58,231 nucleotides of DNA from Chitinophagaceae bacterium. Lineage in GTDB: Bacteria > Bacteroidota > Bacteroidia > Chitinophagales > Chitinophagaceae. The notes beneath the pieces are model-generated. The model worked only from the letters and a program-made list of their open reading frames with translations, searched no databases and was not told the DNA's origin. The stretch covers positions 1 to 58,231 of the forward strand of contig JADZFY010000286.1 in NCBI GenBank assembly GCA_020854215.1. Direction: 5' to 3'. The position numbers were made by a program, and so were the translations under genes. This document shows positions 30,600 through 40,872 of this stretch, one piece after another. How positions within the stretch are numbered: the stretch's first letter is position 1; every line of letters starts with the position of its first letter.

Positions 30600-30971
30600 A
30601 TGAATATCGAGAACACGCAGAGCCAGATGAGGAAAGGGGTACTTGAATTTTGTATCCTGTCTATAATAAAGCGCGGAGAAGTGTATCCGAGTGATATCAT
30701 AGACGAAATGAAAAGAGCTAACCTTCATATTCTGGAGGGAACGCTTTATCCTTTGTTAACCCGATTAAAAAATGCCGACCTGCTCACCTACCGGTGGGTA
30801 GAAAGCACAGGGGGTCCTCCCAGAAAATACTTTTCGTTAACAGACAAGGGCGCGAACTTTTATGCGGAACTACAGGCTACATGGAACGAGCTGGCCAATG
30901 CGGTTCACGCTTTAACTCAAAACGAAGAGGCCATTGCGGCGGACCCAACAACTTCAACCAGTAAAAATTGA
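30600..30971 (+). CDS. PadR-family transcriptional regulator
   Basis: QMRKGVLEFCIL, EGTLYPLLTRL, GPPRKYF. Confidence 0.93.
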   Translation: MNIENTQSQMRKGVLEFCILSIIKRGEVYPSDIIDEMKRANLHILEGTLYPLLTRLKNADLLTYRWVESTGGPPRKYFSLTDKGANFYAELQATWNELANAVHALTQNEEAIAADPTTSTSKN

Positions 30972-30978
30972 ATTGATC

Positions 30979-33219
30979 ATGAAAAAGGTAATAAATATAA
31001 ATTTCCAGGGCAGAGTAATTCCCATTGAGGAAACGGCCTACGAAATGCTGAAACAGTATGTTGAAAGTTTGCGCCGCTATTTTGCCACTGAGGAAGGAAA
31101 GGATGAGATCATAAATGATATAGAAAATCGAATTGGCGAATTGTTTGATGAACGGTTGAAAAAAGGCGCAGTTTGCATTACGGATGAAGACGTGAATGCA
31201 ATTATGGCAAGTATGGGCAGGCCCGAAGACTTTGAACAGGAGGAAGCAACCTACGCAACCGGCAACACCGGCAACCCAACCAACGGTTTCAACACACAAA
31301 CTGCGGCTCCCGAAGCTGAGCCGGCACCACGGAAACTCTTCCGTGCCGAAAACGACAAGGTGCTGGGTGGTGTTTGTGCGGGAATAGCCAATTACCTACG
31401 GATAGATCCCGCAGTGGTTCGTATAATTTTTGCGCTCATTGCTTTTGGCGGCCTGGGTTTCGGTTTCCTGCTGTATTTTGTATTATGGATCGTATTGCCT
31501 TCTAAACCCCTGCAAACGAGTGTGCGTAAAAGACTTTACCGCGATCCGGATAACAAGATGATAGGTGGTGTTGCCGGTGGACTGGCTGCCTACTTTAATA
31601 TTGACACCTGGATTCCCCGCCTGGTTTTTCTGTTACCGTTTGTGCTCAGTTTGCTTCCTAACATTTTCGGCGGATTTTGGTGGCATTGGAAAGGACCCTG
31701 GGTTGCTTTCAGTGGCTTGGGCGGAACTTTCTTTGTAACCTATATTATTCTTTGGATTGTGTTACCCCGGGCCGTTACCGCCAGCGAAAAGCTCGAAATG
31801 CGAGGTGAAAAAATTGATCTGGAAAGTATCAAAAATACCGTTCAGGAAGAATTGCAGCACGTAAAAGGGAAAGGCGAAAAACTTGGCGCAGAACTGAAGG
31901 AAAAGTCTAAAATAGTAGGTCAGGAAATAAGCGATACGGTGCAGCAAAGAACACAGGCGTTTGCAACCGAAGTTGGCCCTTTCGCTAAAAAGGCGGGAAC
32001 CGGAATTGGTAATGCCATTGGTGTACTGTTCAAAGCCTTCTTTCTCTTCATTGCTGCAATCATTGCCTTTGCCTTACTTATTGCACTTATTGCCTTACTG
32101 TATAGCGGAATCGGCGTATTTCCTTTGAAAAACTTTTTACTGGAAGGATTTTGGGAGAACTTTTTTGCCTGGAGTGTGGTAACGATGTTTATTGGGGTAC
32201 CCATCATTGCATTTGTTGTTTGGATTGCCCGCCGCCTGATGCGGGTAAAATCGGGCAACCCATACCTGGGGTATACCTTTGGCAGTTTGTGGATCATAGG
32301 ACTGATCAGTGTTTTTGTGCTTATTGGAATGATTAGCCGCAACTTCAGAACCAAAACCAGTACTTCAGAACCGGTTAGTATTACACAACCATCAACCGGC
32401 AGTATGATCGTGAAAGTATCCGACGAAAAGATAAGATATTATAGCAGCGACTGGTTTGACGGAGATCTTCCCTTTTTATCTATGAATGAAGACAGTATGA
32501 TGCTAAACACTGTACGGGTAAAAGTGGTAAAAAGCAGCGACTCTTCTTATCATATTCAAATGGTAAAATTGGCAAGAGGCAACACACCCGCAATCGCGGA
32601 AAAAAATGCAGCGAATGTACATTTTGCAGTCAGCCAATCAGACAGCATTATCGTATTACCCAAAGGATTTCCCATTTCCAGGGACAACAAATTCCGGAAT
32701 CAACAAGTAATGGTTATTGTTGAAGTACCTGTTGGAAAAAAAATTATGGTTGATAAAAGCGTTGACTGGTATGATTGGTTTGATATTAATGTGGACAGGA
32801 GAAGAAGATGGAACATGGAGTGGGACGAACGTTGGGACAATTCCTATTCGTGGAGAAACAATGTGCAATATGTTATGACTGCCGAAGGGCTGGAAAGACT
32901 GGACAAATCCGGTGAAAACAACAACAGCCCTGCACGTGGCAAGTTCAAAATGAAAGCAGATGATTCTGGTGTAGAAATAGAAATGGAAGACGGTTCGGAT
33001 GAAGGCAAAGGCAGATACCGTTATAAAGTACAGGACGATTCCATAATCATTGAGAAAGGACAGAAACCTGCTGCACCAATTGCACCTCCACCTCCGCCGG
33101 CGCCGGTTATCAACAGAAATACTTCTGTTTCGGCAGATGAGGAACGAATAGAAAAAGTGGTTTCCGCCTCAGCACCGGAAGATTTGCACAGCCCTTTTCG
33201 TTTGCTCTCGAGCCGATGA
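30979..33219 (+). CDS. pspC: PspC-domain membrane protein (two PspC domains, TM region, C-terminal beta domain)
   Basis: N-terminal EIINDIENRIGELF domain; two KL(F/Y)R...K..GGV..G.A.Y PspC repeats; multiple TM helices. ATG 30979. Confidence 0.85.
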   Translation: MKKVININFQGRVIPIEETAYEMLKQYVESLRRYFATEEGKDEIINDIENRIGELFDERLKKGAVCITDEDVNAIMASMGRPEDFEQEEATYATGNTGNPTNGFNTQTAAPEAEPAPRKLFRAENDKVLGGVCAGIANYLRIDPAVVRIIFALIAFGGLGFGFLLYFVLWIVLPSKPLQTSVRKRLYRDPDNKMIGGVAGGLAAYFNIDTWIPRLVFLLPFVLSLLPNIFGGFWWHWKGPWVAFSGLGGTFFVTYIILWIVLPRAVTASEKLEMRGEKIDLESIKNTVQEELQHVKGKGEKLGAELKEKSKIVGQEISDTVQQRTQAFATEVGPFAKKAGTGIGNAIGVLFKAFFLFIAAIIAFALLIALIALLYSGIGVFPLKNFLLEGFWENFFAWSVVTMFIGVPIIAFVVWIARRLMRVKSGNPYLGYTFGSLWIIGLISVFVLIGMISRNFRTKTSTSEPVSITQPSTGSMIVKVSDEKIRYYSSDWFDGDLPFLSMNEDSMMLNTVRVKVVKSSDSSYHIQMVKLARGNTPAIAEKNAANVHFAVSQSDSIIVLPKGFPISRDNKFRNQQVMVIVEVPVGKKIMVDKSVDWYDWFDINVDRRRRWNMEWDERWDNSYSWRNNVQYVMTAEGLERLDKSGENNNSPARGKFKMKADDSGVEIEMEDGSDEGKGRYRYKVQDDSIIIEKGQKPAAPIAPPPPPAPVINRNTSVSADEERIEKVVSASAPEDLHSPFRLLSSR

Positions 33220-33271
33220 TCGCCGATATTGTTAAAGACTGTTTCAATACAATGGTTGAAGTTGGAACAAG

Positions 33272-33308
33272 ACTGCCCTGCAGATCAATGTTGCGGGGCA
33301 GTTGATTT
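33272..33308 (+). terminator. Probable terminator after pspC
   Basis: ACTGCCCTGCA...TGCGGGGCAGT 11-bp stem followed by TGATTTT. Confidence 0.6.
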
Positions 33309-33350
33309 TAACCTGGAGAGGTACAGGTTTTCCGGCCCTACCCATGTGTA

Positions 33351-33418
33351 TAGCCACAAAGTTCCGAAGTCACAAAAATGAAAAAGGGGAAGTAGTGTGC
33401 GTAGAATCTTTGTGGCTA
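33351..33418. repeat. REP-like inverted repeat
   Basis: TAGCCACAAAG (33351-33361) ... CTTTGTGGCTA (33408-33418), 11-bp perfect arms in intergenic DNA. Confidence 0.5.
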
Positions 33419-33508
33419 ATCTTTTTTCCTCCGTGTTATGAACCCACAATTCACCACCGGCTAAGACTATTCTCCAGCGTTTTTCGTACATTTTGAAAAA
33501 ATTGCAAA

Positions 33509-33847
33509 ATGAACTTCATTATCCGGCTTTTAGTAACTGCAGCCGTGGCATACGGGCTGGCTTACCTGCTGAAGGGACTTCATATTGACTCGTACTGGAC
33601 AGCGCTGGTTTTCGCACTGGTGTTGGCTATCGTTAATGTTATCATTCGGCCGCTGCTCATTATCCTTACTATACCCCTTACCATCCTAACGCTGGGGTTG
33701 TTTTTATTCGTCATCAATGCGTTAATGATATTGCTTGCTTCCAAAATGGTAGACGGTATAGCCGTTGACGGGTTCTGGTGGGCCTTGCTATTTGGCCTGC
33801 TGCTGTCGCTGGCTTCGTCACTACTGCTGAGCAGCAAAAACGAATAA
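33509..33847 (+). CDS. YvlD/DUF360 four-TM membrane protein ('phage holin family')
   Basis: VN.IIRP.L.ILTIPLTILTLGLF.FVINA and V.GFWWALL motifs. Confidence 0.85.
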   Translation: MNFIIRLLVTAAVAYGLAYLLKGLHIDSYWTALVFALVLAIVNVIIRPLLIILTIPLTILTLGLFLFVINALMILLASKMVDGIAVDGFWWALLFGLLLSLASSLLLSSKNE

Positions 33848-33981
33848 CTTCATAAAATACATCAGCCGGGCATATCATAATAGCCGTGCCATTTACGTTT
33901 ATTATCAAACGTAAAGTCATCAGAAAGCGGCAACAACATTTTGATCAACCGGCATATTTCAGAAAACCAGTAGGTTTGTAT

Positions 33982-35997
33982 ATGCAATTTGCCCAAAAGA
34001 ACTTTACGACAAACCAGTTAGAGCAATTATACCGGTCGTTACTGTTGCCCCGTATGATCGAAGAAAAAATGTTATTGCTATTACGCCAGGGCAAAGTAAG
34101 CAAATGGTTTAGCGGCATCGGACAGGAAGCGATTGCCGTTGGGGCCACGTTGGCAATGGAACAGGATGAATGGATATTGCCCGTGCACCGTAACCTGGGG
34201 GTATTTACTTCCCGCAATCTGCCACTACATAAATTAATAATGCAGTGGCAGGGGGCAAAAACAGGTTATAGCAAGGGACGGGAAAGAAGTTTTCATTTTG
34301 GAAGCAAGGCACACTATATATGTGGAATGATTTCCCATCTCGGATCCCAACTCTCTGTAGCAGATGGAATAGCATTAGCAGCACAATTAAAAAAAGAAAA
34401 CAAAGCCGTTCTGGTATTTTGTGGCGAAGGAGCAACCAGCGAAGGCGACTTTCATGAATCGTTAAATTTAGCGGCTGTATGGGATCTGCCCGTGATTTTT
34501 TTAGTAGAAAACAATGGATACGCACTCAGCACACCGGTTCAGGAGCAGTTCAAATGCGAGAGTATTGCTGAAAAAGCAAGAGGCTATGGCATGGAAGCCG
34601 TGCAGATTGACGGCAACAACGTACTCACCGTATTGGATACCATAAAAGGCGTTAGAACCTATTGCATTGAACGGCGCAAGCCCTACCTGGTAGAATGTAT
34701 GACCTTTCGGATGCGGGGCCACGAAGAAGCCAGCGGAGTAAAATACGTTCCGCAGGAGTTATTTGAAACGTGGGCACCCAAAGATCCGGTACGCAGCTTT
34801 GAGCAATGGCTGCTGAATGAGAATATCTTAACCACAGCTGATGTTGAAACCATCAAAACTTCTATCAAAGCCTATATTGACAGCGAATCAGAAAAAGGAT
34901 TTGCCCACCCTGCCATTGCCCCGTCCACAGAAGAGGAATTAAGCGATGTGTATGCAGAACGAATTGCATTTGGCGGATTTACCACTGCCATTATAGACAA
35001 TGATGCCGCCATTGAACAAGCCCGCCTGAACATAAGGGAAAGACGTTTTGTGGATGCTATTTCGGAGGGCATATATCAGAGTATGCTTACCCATGAAAAC
35101 CTGGTATTGATGGGACAGGATATCGGATTATACGGTGGCGTATTTAAGGTAACGGAAGGGATGTTAAATAAGTTTGGCAAAGACAGAGTTCGCAATACCC
35201 CCCTTTGTGAAAGTGCTGTTATTGGTGCTGCATTAGGATTAAGCATTGAAGGATATAAGAGCATTGTAGAAATGCAGTTTGCCGATTTTGTGACGACCGG
35301 TTTTAACCAGGTGGTGAACAATCTTGCCAAAATACACTACCGTTGGGGACAAAATGCAGACGTAGTTATTCGCATGCCTACCGGTGCAGGAACAGGAGCC
35401 GGGCCTTTTCACTCGCAAAGTAACGAAGCCTGGTTTGCACACACACCCGGATTAAAAGTGGTGTATCCTTCTACTGCCATGGATGCAAAGGGGTTGTTGA
35501 TGGCCGCAGTAAACGATCTTAACCCGGTAATGTATTTTGAGCATAAAGCATTATACCGGAGTATTAGCGGGCCTGTACCCGAAGAAAACTATGAGATACC
35601 GATTGGCAAAGCCCGATGGGTGAAAGACGGAGAAGATATTGCTGTTATTACCTACGGCGCCGGCGTTCACTGGGCGTTGGATTACGCCGCACAACACCAG
35701 GATATTTCTCTTGGCATCTTAGACCTGCGTTCGCTACTTCCGCTGGATTATGATGCGATCCGCCAGGCAGTATCGCAAACCGGAAGAGTACTTATTTTAC
35801 ACGAAGACACCCTGATTGGTGGAATTGGAGCAGAAATAAGTGCCTGGATACAGGAACACTGTTTCTCCATGCTGGATGCACCGGTAATGCGGTGTGCCTC
35901 GCTGGACACTCCGGTACCATTCAACATCGAACTTGAAAAAAACTTTCTTGCCAAATCCCGTCTCCACCAAACCATACGCCTTTTGTTGGATTATTAA
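33982..35997 (+). CDS. 2-oxoacid (probably branched-chain) dehydrogenase E1, fused alpha/beta subunits
   Basis: GIGQEA, GEGATSEGDFHE...ENN TPP motif, RMRGH, NTPLCE, EMQFADF, GPFHSQ, FEHK. ATG 33982. Confidence 0.92.
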   Translation: MQFAQKNFTTNQLEQLYRSLLLPRMIEEKMLLLLRQGKVSKWFSGIGQEAIAVGATLAMEQDEWILPVHRNLGVFTSRNLPLHKLIMQWQGAKTGYSKGRERSFHFGSKAHYICGMISHLGSQLSVADGIALAAQLKKENKAVLVFCGEGATSEGDFHESLNLAAVWDLPVIFLVENNGYALSTPVQEQFKCESIAEKARGYGMEAVQIDGNNVLTVLDTIKGVRTYCIERRKPYLVECMTFRMRGHEEASGVKYVPQELFETWAPKDPVRSFEQWLLNENILTTADVETIKTSIKAYIDSESEKGFAHPAIAPSTEEELSDVYAERIAFGGFTTAIIDNDAAIEQARLNIRERRFVDAISEGIYQSMLTHENLVLMGQDIGLYGGVFKVTEGMLNKFGKDRVRNTPLCESAVIGAALGLSIEGYKSIVEMQFADFVTTGFNQVVNNLAKIHYRWGQNADVVIRMPTGAGTGAGPFHSQSNEAWFAHTPGLKVVYPSTAMDAKGLLMAAVNDLNPVMYFEHKALYRSISGPVPEENYEIPIGKARWVKDGEDIAVITYGAGVHWALDYAAQHQDISLGILDLRSLLPLDYDAIRQAVSQTGRVLILHEDTLIGGIGAEISAWIQEHCFSMLDAPVMRCASLDTPVPFNIELEKNFLAKSRLHQTIRLLLDY

Positions 35998-36090
35998 ATC
36001 GGGGAAACAATTTGAGTTCGTCCTATTCAAATCTTCATTGTACGGCTCGAAAAAAAACAGAATGTAGTGACAACCGTTTAGGTAAACCCG

Positions 36091-36894
36091 CTATTTATAC
36101 ACCGGATTTACGGAAAAGCCCTGTTCCGTTAGCAATTGCAATAATCCCTGATTTCCCGGAAGGTGTCCGGCACCAACGGCGATAAAAATACTTTCTGCCC
36201 TGATTATTTCCGGAATCATTTCCGCCCATCTTTGATTCCTTTTAACGACAAGGGTATCATAAGCCCGTTCACTCATGAATCGCTTATGCGTTACTAATGC
36301 GGCCAGTTCCTTAAGGTTCTCCTGATGGTACGCGTTAGTCATTTTTTCAAAAAGCTCATCATGATCATCAGACATTTGCAACTGTAATAAAATTTCCTTT
36401 CCGTTGAATACCTGCTTAGCTATTTCGAGTTGTTCAAGGGCAGTTTCCATTCCGGCGGTTCGCAAACCGTTATCCACAGCTATTTTCAACAATTCCAGTT
36501 CGGCAACTATCACATCATCACAACGAATGGCTTTTGCGGCCATCTGGTTAACGATCTCCATTACCGGCAGATGTTGCGCATCTTCCAGCGAAAGATGGAG
36601 TTGCTCCATCAACAAATGGTCAAGTATAATTTTTTCCTCAGCGGTGAGTTCATCTGCTATACACTGGTCGGATACTTCCTGTTGTTGCATTGTATTCACC
36701 TCATTTGTACTGCCCAAATCTACTTCCATATAGTACGCGGTACACCGTCCGAGCGTTCGCCGTATTTTTTGTGCAATTTCAAAACTGCCGGCACAAATCA
36801 GGTGCATCGTTCCAAACAAATAAGAGGGTTGGCGTAACCCATTTCCTGAAATTTTATAAAGCAGGGATTTTGAATACCGTGGTTCTTTCATCAT
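36091..36894 (-). CDS. TraB/GumN (TIKI-like) family protein
   Basis: SLLYKISG, SYLFGTMH, GMET..EQ, RNQRW, FIAVGAGHL. Confidence 0.88.
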   Translation of the reverse strand: MMKEPRYSKSLLYKISGNGLRQPSYLFGTMHLICAGSFEIAQKIRRTLGRCTAYYMEVDLGSTNEVNTMQQQEVSDQCIADELTAEEKIILDHLLMEQLHLSLEDAQHLPVMEIVNQMAAKAIRCDDVIVAELELLKIAVDNGLRTAGMETALEQLEIAKQVFNGKEILLQLQMSDDHDELFEKMTNAYHQENLKELAALVTHKRFMSERAYDTLVVKRNQRWAEMIPEIIRAESIFIAVGAGHLPGNQGLLQLLTEQGFSVNPVYK

Positions 36895-36921
36895 TTTTGT
36901 CAGAGATCAATACGATTTGTT

Positions 36922-39771
36922 TTAATGCGCTTCCAGCCAGTTTTGTCCCTCGCCTATTTCGGCCAGCACAGGTACATCATTCGGAAGCGGCATAGCCGTT
37001 TGCATACTATCAATAATCAAGCCTTTCAACTCATCCGCTTCCTCCTTCAATGCATCAAAAATTAATTCGTCGTGCACCTGCAGAATCATTTTGCTTTGCA
37101 TTTTGTGTTTTTGAATAGCAGCATATACTTTTTGCATCGCAAGTTTGATCATATCTGCGGCTGTTCCCTGTATAGGAGAATTAATCGCGTTGCGCTCTGC
37201 AAACCCCCGTACCGTGAAGTTGGCAGAATTGATGTCCCGAAGCCAGCGCTTTCTCCCCATTAACGTTTGAACGTAACCGTGCTCCTGTGCAAAATGAATG
37301 GTATTGTCCATATACCTGGAAATACCCGCGAACTCCCGCTTGTAATTGTCAATAATCTCTTTTGCCTCCGAGCGGCTGATGCCAAGGTTATCGGCCAGAC
37401 CAAAGGCGCCCTGTCCGTAAATGATTCCAAAATTTACACTCTTGGCTTTATAGCGCTGCTCCCTGGTTACTGCCTGTTCTTCCACGCCGTATACTTTCGC
37501 TGCGGTAGCAGCATGAATATCTTTTCCATGCCGGAACGCATCGCACATAGCCGGATCACCACTGATAGCCGCTACGATACGCAATTCAATCTGGGAATAA
37601 TCTGCAGACAACAATACGTGTCGCTCATCACGTGGCACGAATGCCTTTCGTATTTCTCTGCCACGTGCTGTTCTTACCGGTATGTTCTGTAAATTAGGAT
37701 TATTGCTCGCCAGCCTGCCGGTAACGGCTACTGCCTGTGCATAGGTAGTATGAACTCTTCCTGTTTTTCGGTTGACCAGTTGAGGCAAGCTATCCACGTA
37801 AGTAGATTTTAATTTGGTCAGTTCGCGATAGGTCAGGATATCTTCCACAATTTGATTTTGTTGTGCCAGTTTCAACAGCACTTCTTCACCTGTGGCATAC
37901 TGTCCGGTTTTGGTTTTTTTGGCTTTGGGATCCAACTGCAGTTTCTCAAAAAGCACTTCGCCCAATTGTTTGGGAGACGCGAGGTTAAACCGAACACCTG
38001 CCTGGGCGTACACGCTTTCTTCTGCCTGCTTTGCTTCTTTTTCCAGTTCTGCAGCGTATTGATGCAAAAAATCGGTGTCCACCTTCACTCCTTCATATTC
38101 CATGGCTGCAAGCACTTTCACCAACGGGTTCTCCACCTCATAAAAAACCTTCTCCACTTCCTTTGCCTTCAACTCCGGTGCTAAAGCCCATTTCAACTGC
38201 AGGGTTATATCCGCATCTTCTGCGGCATATTCTTTAATCTTTTCAAGTTCCACGTCACGCATATTCCCCTGCTGCTTTCCCTTTTTGCCAATGAGTTCTT
38301 CTATGTGCACAGGCTCATATCCGAGGTATTGCGCGCTTAGCATATCCATACCGCGCTTTCCATCGGGTTCAATAACGTAGTGTGCCAGCATGGTATCAAA
38401 CAGTTCCCCCTCCATTTCTATTCCATACCACTTCAATACCAGCATATCAAACTTAATATTTTGTCCAACCCAAATCACATCCTTCTTCGCAAACAAAGGT
38501 TTAAAACGATGGAGAATGGCAAGTGTTTCATCTCGTTCAGACGGGCAGGGCACATAATAGGCTTCAGCCGGAGTCCAGGAAAAGCTCATACCCACCAGTT
38601 CCGTATCATTCGCATCTAACCCGGTTGTTTCGGTATCGAAGCAAATTTCTTTTTGCGATAAAAGTTGATCAACCAAACGCCCGAGCTCCTTTGCATTTGT
38701 AACAGCCGAATAATGGTGTGGCGTGTTGTGGATATTCTTTCCGCCGGCAATTGCTGTCGTTGTCGGAATACTTTCCTCCGTCTTTTTTTCGACAATGCTT
38801 TCCGACTTCGATTTTACCGGGGCCACCGTTTCAAAAAGATTCGTCTGAACCACCCCGGCATTTGATTTCTCCTGACTATTTCGCGAAAATACAGGTAGCG
38901 TTTCTCCCAAAACCCTTTGGGCGATCGTGCGAAATTCCAGGCTGGTAAACACCTCCAGTAACAATTCCCGGTTCCACTCTTTCAAACGGAAATCCTCTTC
39001 GTGAAAGCTCACCGGCACATCGGTTATAATAGTGGCTAACTTTTTACTCATAAGAGCCGCCTCCTTTCCATTCCTCACCTTTTCCCCCAGGGCGCCCTTG
39101 ATATTGCCTGCATTCTCCAGTATATTCTCCAGCGTTTCATACTCGGCTAACAGTTTGGCGGCGGTCTTTTCGCCTACTCCCGCAATCCCGGGTATATTAT
39201 CTACCGCGTCACCCATCAGTCCCAACACATCCACCACCTGATCAACAGATTTGATATTCCATTTCGCACAAACTTCTTCAGGGCCTAATATCTCCACGTC
39301 ACCTCCCTGGTAGCCCGGCTTATATATTTTGATTTTGTCGTCCACCAATTGTCCGTAATCTTTATCAGGTGTAACCATAAACACTTCGTAGCCTGCGCCT
39401 GCGGCCTGTTTACTGAGCGTACCAATGATATCGTCTGCCTCGTAGCCATCGAGTTCAATTACCGGAATATTGAAGCCCTGAATAATCCGTTTAATATCCG
39501 GCAGCGCATTCAACAAATCTTCCGGCGCTTCCTGGCGATTGGCTTTGTATTCTGCAAAATCAACGTGTCGTTCTGTTGGCGCATGGGTATCAAAACACAC
39601 CGCCATGTGCGAGGGTTTTTGGTTGTTTATCAGTTCCAGTAATGTATTGGTAAATCCGAACTGGGCATTGGTATTATGTCCTTTTGAAGTAATGCGCGGG
39701 TTTCGAATGAGGGCATAGTAGGCGCGAAAAACCAGCGCCAATGCATCTAAAAGAAAGAGTTTCTTATCCAT
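36922..39771 (-). CDS. polA: DNA polymerase I
   Basis: 5'-3' exonuclease (YKANR, YEADD, DNIPG), 3'-5' exonuclease (DTETTG), polymerase motifs (DYSQIELR, AKSVNFGIIYG, QVHDEL). ATG 39771. Confidence 0.97.
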   Translation of the reverse strand: MDKKLFLLDALALVFRAYYALIRNPRITSKGHNTNAQFGFTNTLLELINNQKPSHMAVCFDTHAPTERHVDFAEYKANRQEAPEDLLNALPDIKRIIQGFNIPVIELDGYEADDIIGTLSKQAAGAGYEVFMVTPDKDYGQLVDDKIKIYKPGYQGGDVEILGPEEVCAKWNIKSVDQVVDVLGLMGDAVDNIPGIAGVGEKTAAKLLAEYETLENILENAGNIKGALGEKVRNGKEAALMSKKLATIITDVPVSFHEEDFRLKEWNRELLLEVFTSLEFRTIAQRVLGETLPVFSRNSQEKSNAGVVQTNLFETVAPVKSKSESIVEKKTEESIPTTTAIAGGKNIHNTPHHYSAVTNAKELGRLVDQLLSQKEICFDTETTGLDANDTELVGMSFSWTPAEAYYVPCPSERDETLAILHRFKPLFAKKDVIWVGQNIKFDMLVLKWYGIEMEGELFDTMLAHYVIEPDGKRGMDMLSAQYLGYEPVHIEELIGKKGKQQGNMRDVELEKIKEYAAEDADITLQLKWALAPELKAKEVEKVFYEVENPLVKVLAAMEYEGVKVDTDFLHQYAAELEKEAKQAEESVYAQAGVRFNLASPKQLGEVLFEKLQLDPKAKKTKTGQYATGEEVLLKLAQQNQIVEDILTYRELTKLKSTYVDSLPQLVNRKTGRVHTTYAQAVAVTGRLASNNPNLQNIPVRTARGREIRKAFVPRDERHVLLSADYSQIELRIVAAISGDPAMCDAFRHGKDIHAATAAKVYGVEEQAVTREQRYKAKSVNFGIIYGQGAFGLADNLGISRSEAKEIIDNYKREFAGISRYMDNTIHFAQEHGYVQTLMGRKRWLRDINSANFTVRGFAERNAINSPIQGTAADMIKLAMQKVYAAIQKHKMQSKMILQVHDELIFDALKEEADELKGLIIDSMQTAMPLPNDVPVLAEIGEGQNWLEAH

Positions 39772-39985
39772 GCCGCTAAGGTAGTCGTTTTGGATTTGTG
39801 ATTTTAATCTGCCCGGGTTGTTTGAGGCAACGGCTCGTGGGGAGTGGTGGGTGAAATTGATTGTTGGTCTCAATTCCAAACGGACAACTCAACCAATGTG
39901 ACATGACAGGAACCTGAACTCCTGGGCTTTTAAAATTTTGCTACTTTTCATAGGGCAAAAATGTGTATTTTTCTACATTTGCAAA

Positions 39986-40870
39986 ATGTTTTACAGACGA
40001 AAGGTTCTGCTATCACTCTTACAACTATTTGACGGGCAGATAGATAAAATCTGTCTACAAAAGTTGCTTTTCTTATTTGTGCAACGACAATCCAAGCCCG
40101 AATATGACTTTATTCCGTACAAATATGGTTGTTATTCGTATTCCGCAAACGCAGATCTAACCGCTATGGTTAGAAAAGGAATTTTGAACGAAACAACAAG
40201 TCATTTTATAAGTAACGAAACGGAAGACTATTTTAAAAAATTGAAAGAAGCGGATAAGAAGTTGATGTTGGAAATCAAATCACTTTACGGAAGTAAATCC
40301 GCCAACGCTTTAATGAAACACACTTATCTCAATTTCCCATATTGGGCTATAAACAGTATAAAAGCAAAGGGTATCTTATCAGAAGAAGAATACAGCAAAG
40401 TTGTAAATAGCAAACCCATATTCATCAAAACAATTTTGTTTACTATCGGTTACGAGGGAATTTCATTAGAAGAGTACTTAAATCGCTTACTCAAAAATGA
40501 TATAAAAGTTTTAGTGGACGTTCGCAATAATCCGTTGAGTATGAAATACGGATTTAGCAAAAGCCAATTACAAAGGTATTGTAATAGTTTAGGAATTGAG
40601 TATTTGCATTTTCCTGAAGTTGGCATACAATCGGAGCAACGGAAAGAACTAAATACACAAGCTGATTACGATAAACTGTTTGCCGTTTATTGCAAAAACA
40701 CCTTGACTAAAACGACCGATTCGCAAACGAGAATTTTAAACCTTCTCAAAGAAAAAAAACGTATCGCATTGACCTGTTTTGAAGCAAATATTTGCCAATG
40801 TCACCGCAAACACCTGTCGGAAGCTATTCAAAATTTGCCCAATTTTGATTACGAAGTGAAGCATATCTAA
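39986..40870 (+). CDS. DUF488-domain protein with N-terminal winged-helix-like (Panacea/DarG-C-like) domain
   Basis: C-terminal half has DUF488 motifs FTIGYEG, LVDVR, S.KYGFSK, Y.H.PEVG, LTCFE....CHR. N-terminal half has LQKLLFL...Y.F.PYKYG.YS. AT-rich. Confidence 0.75.
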   Translation: MFYRRKVLLSLLQLFDGQIDKICLQKLLFLFVQRQSKPEYDFIPYKYGCYSYSANADLTAMVRKGILNETTSHFISNETEDYFKKLKEADKKLMLEIKSLYGSKSANALMKHTYLNFPYWAINSIKAKGILSEEEYSKVVNSKPIFIKTILFTIGYEGISLEEYLNRLLKNDIKVLVDVRNNPLSMKYGFSKSQLQRYCNSLGIEYLHFPEVGIQSEQRKELNTQADYDKLFAVYCKNTLTKTTDSQTRILNLLKEKKRIALTCFEANICQCHRKHLSEAIQNLPNFDYEVKHI

Positions 40871-40872
40871 AA

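Noticed and set aside
33509-33847. Prophage inferred from a 'phage holin family' gene
   Set aside because: YvlD/DUF360 is a common chromosomal membrane protein; no endolysin or phage structural genes nearby.
36091-36894. Conjugation gene inferred from the name TraB
   Set aside because: TraB/GumN is a TIKI-like metalloprotease family, not a type IV secretion component.
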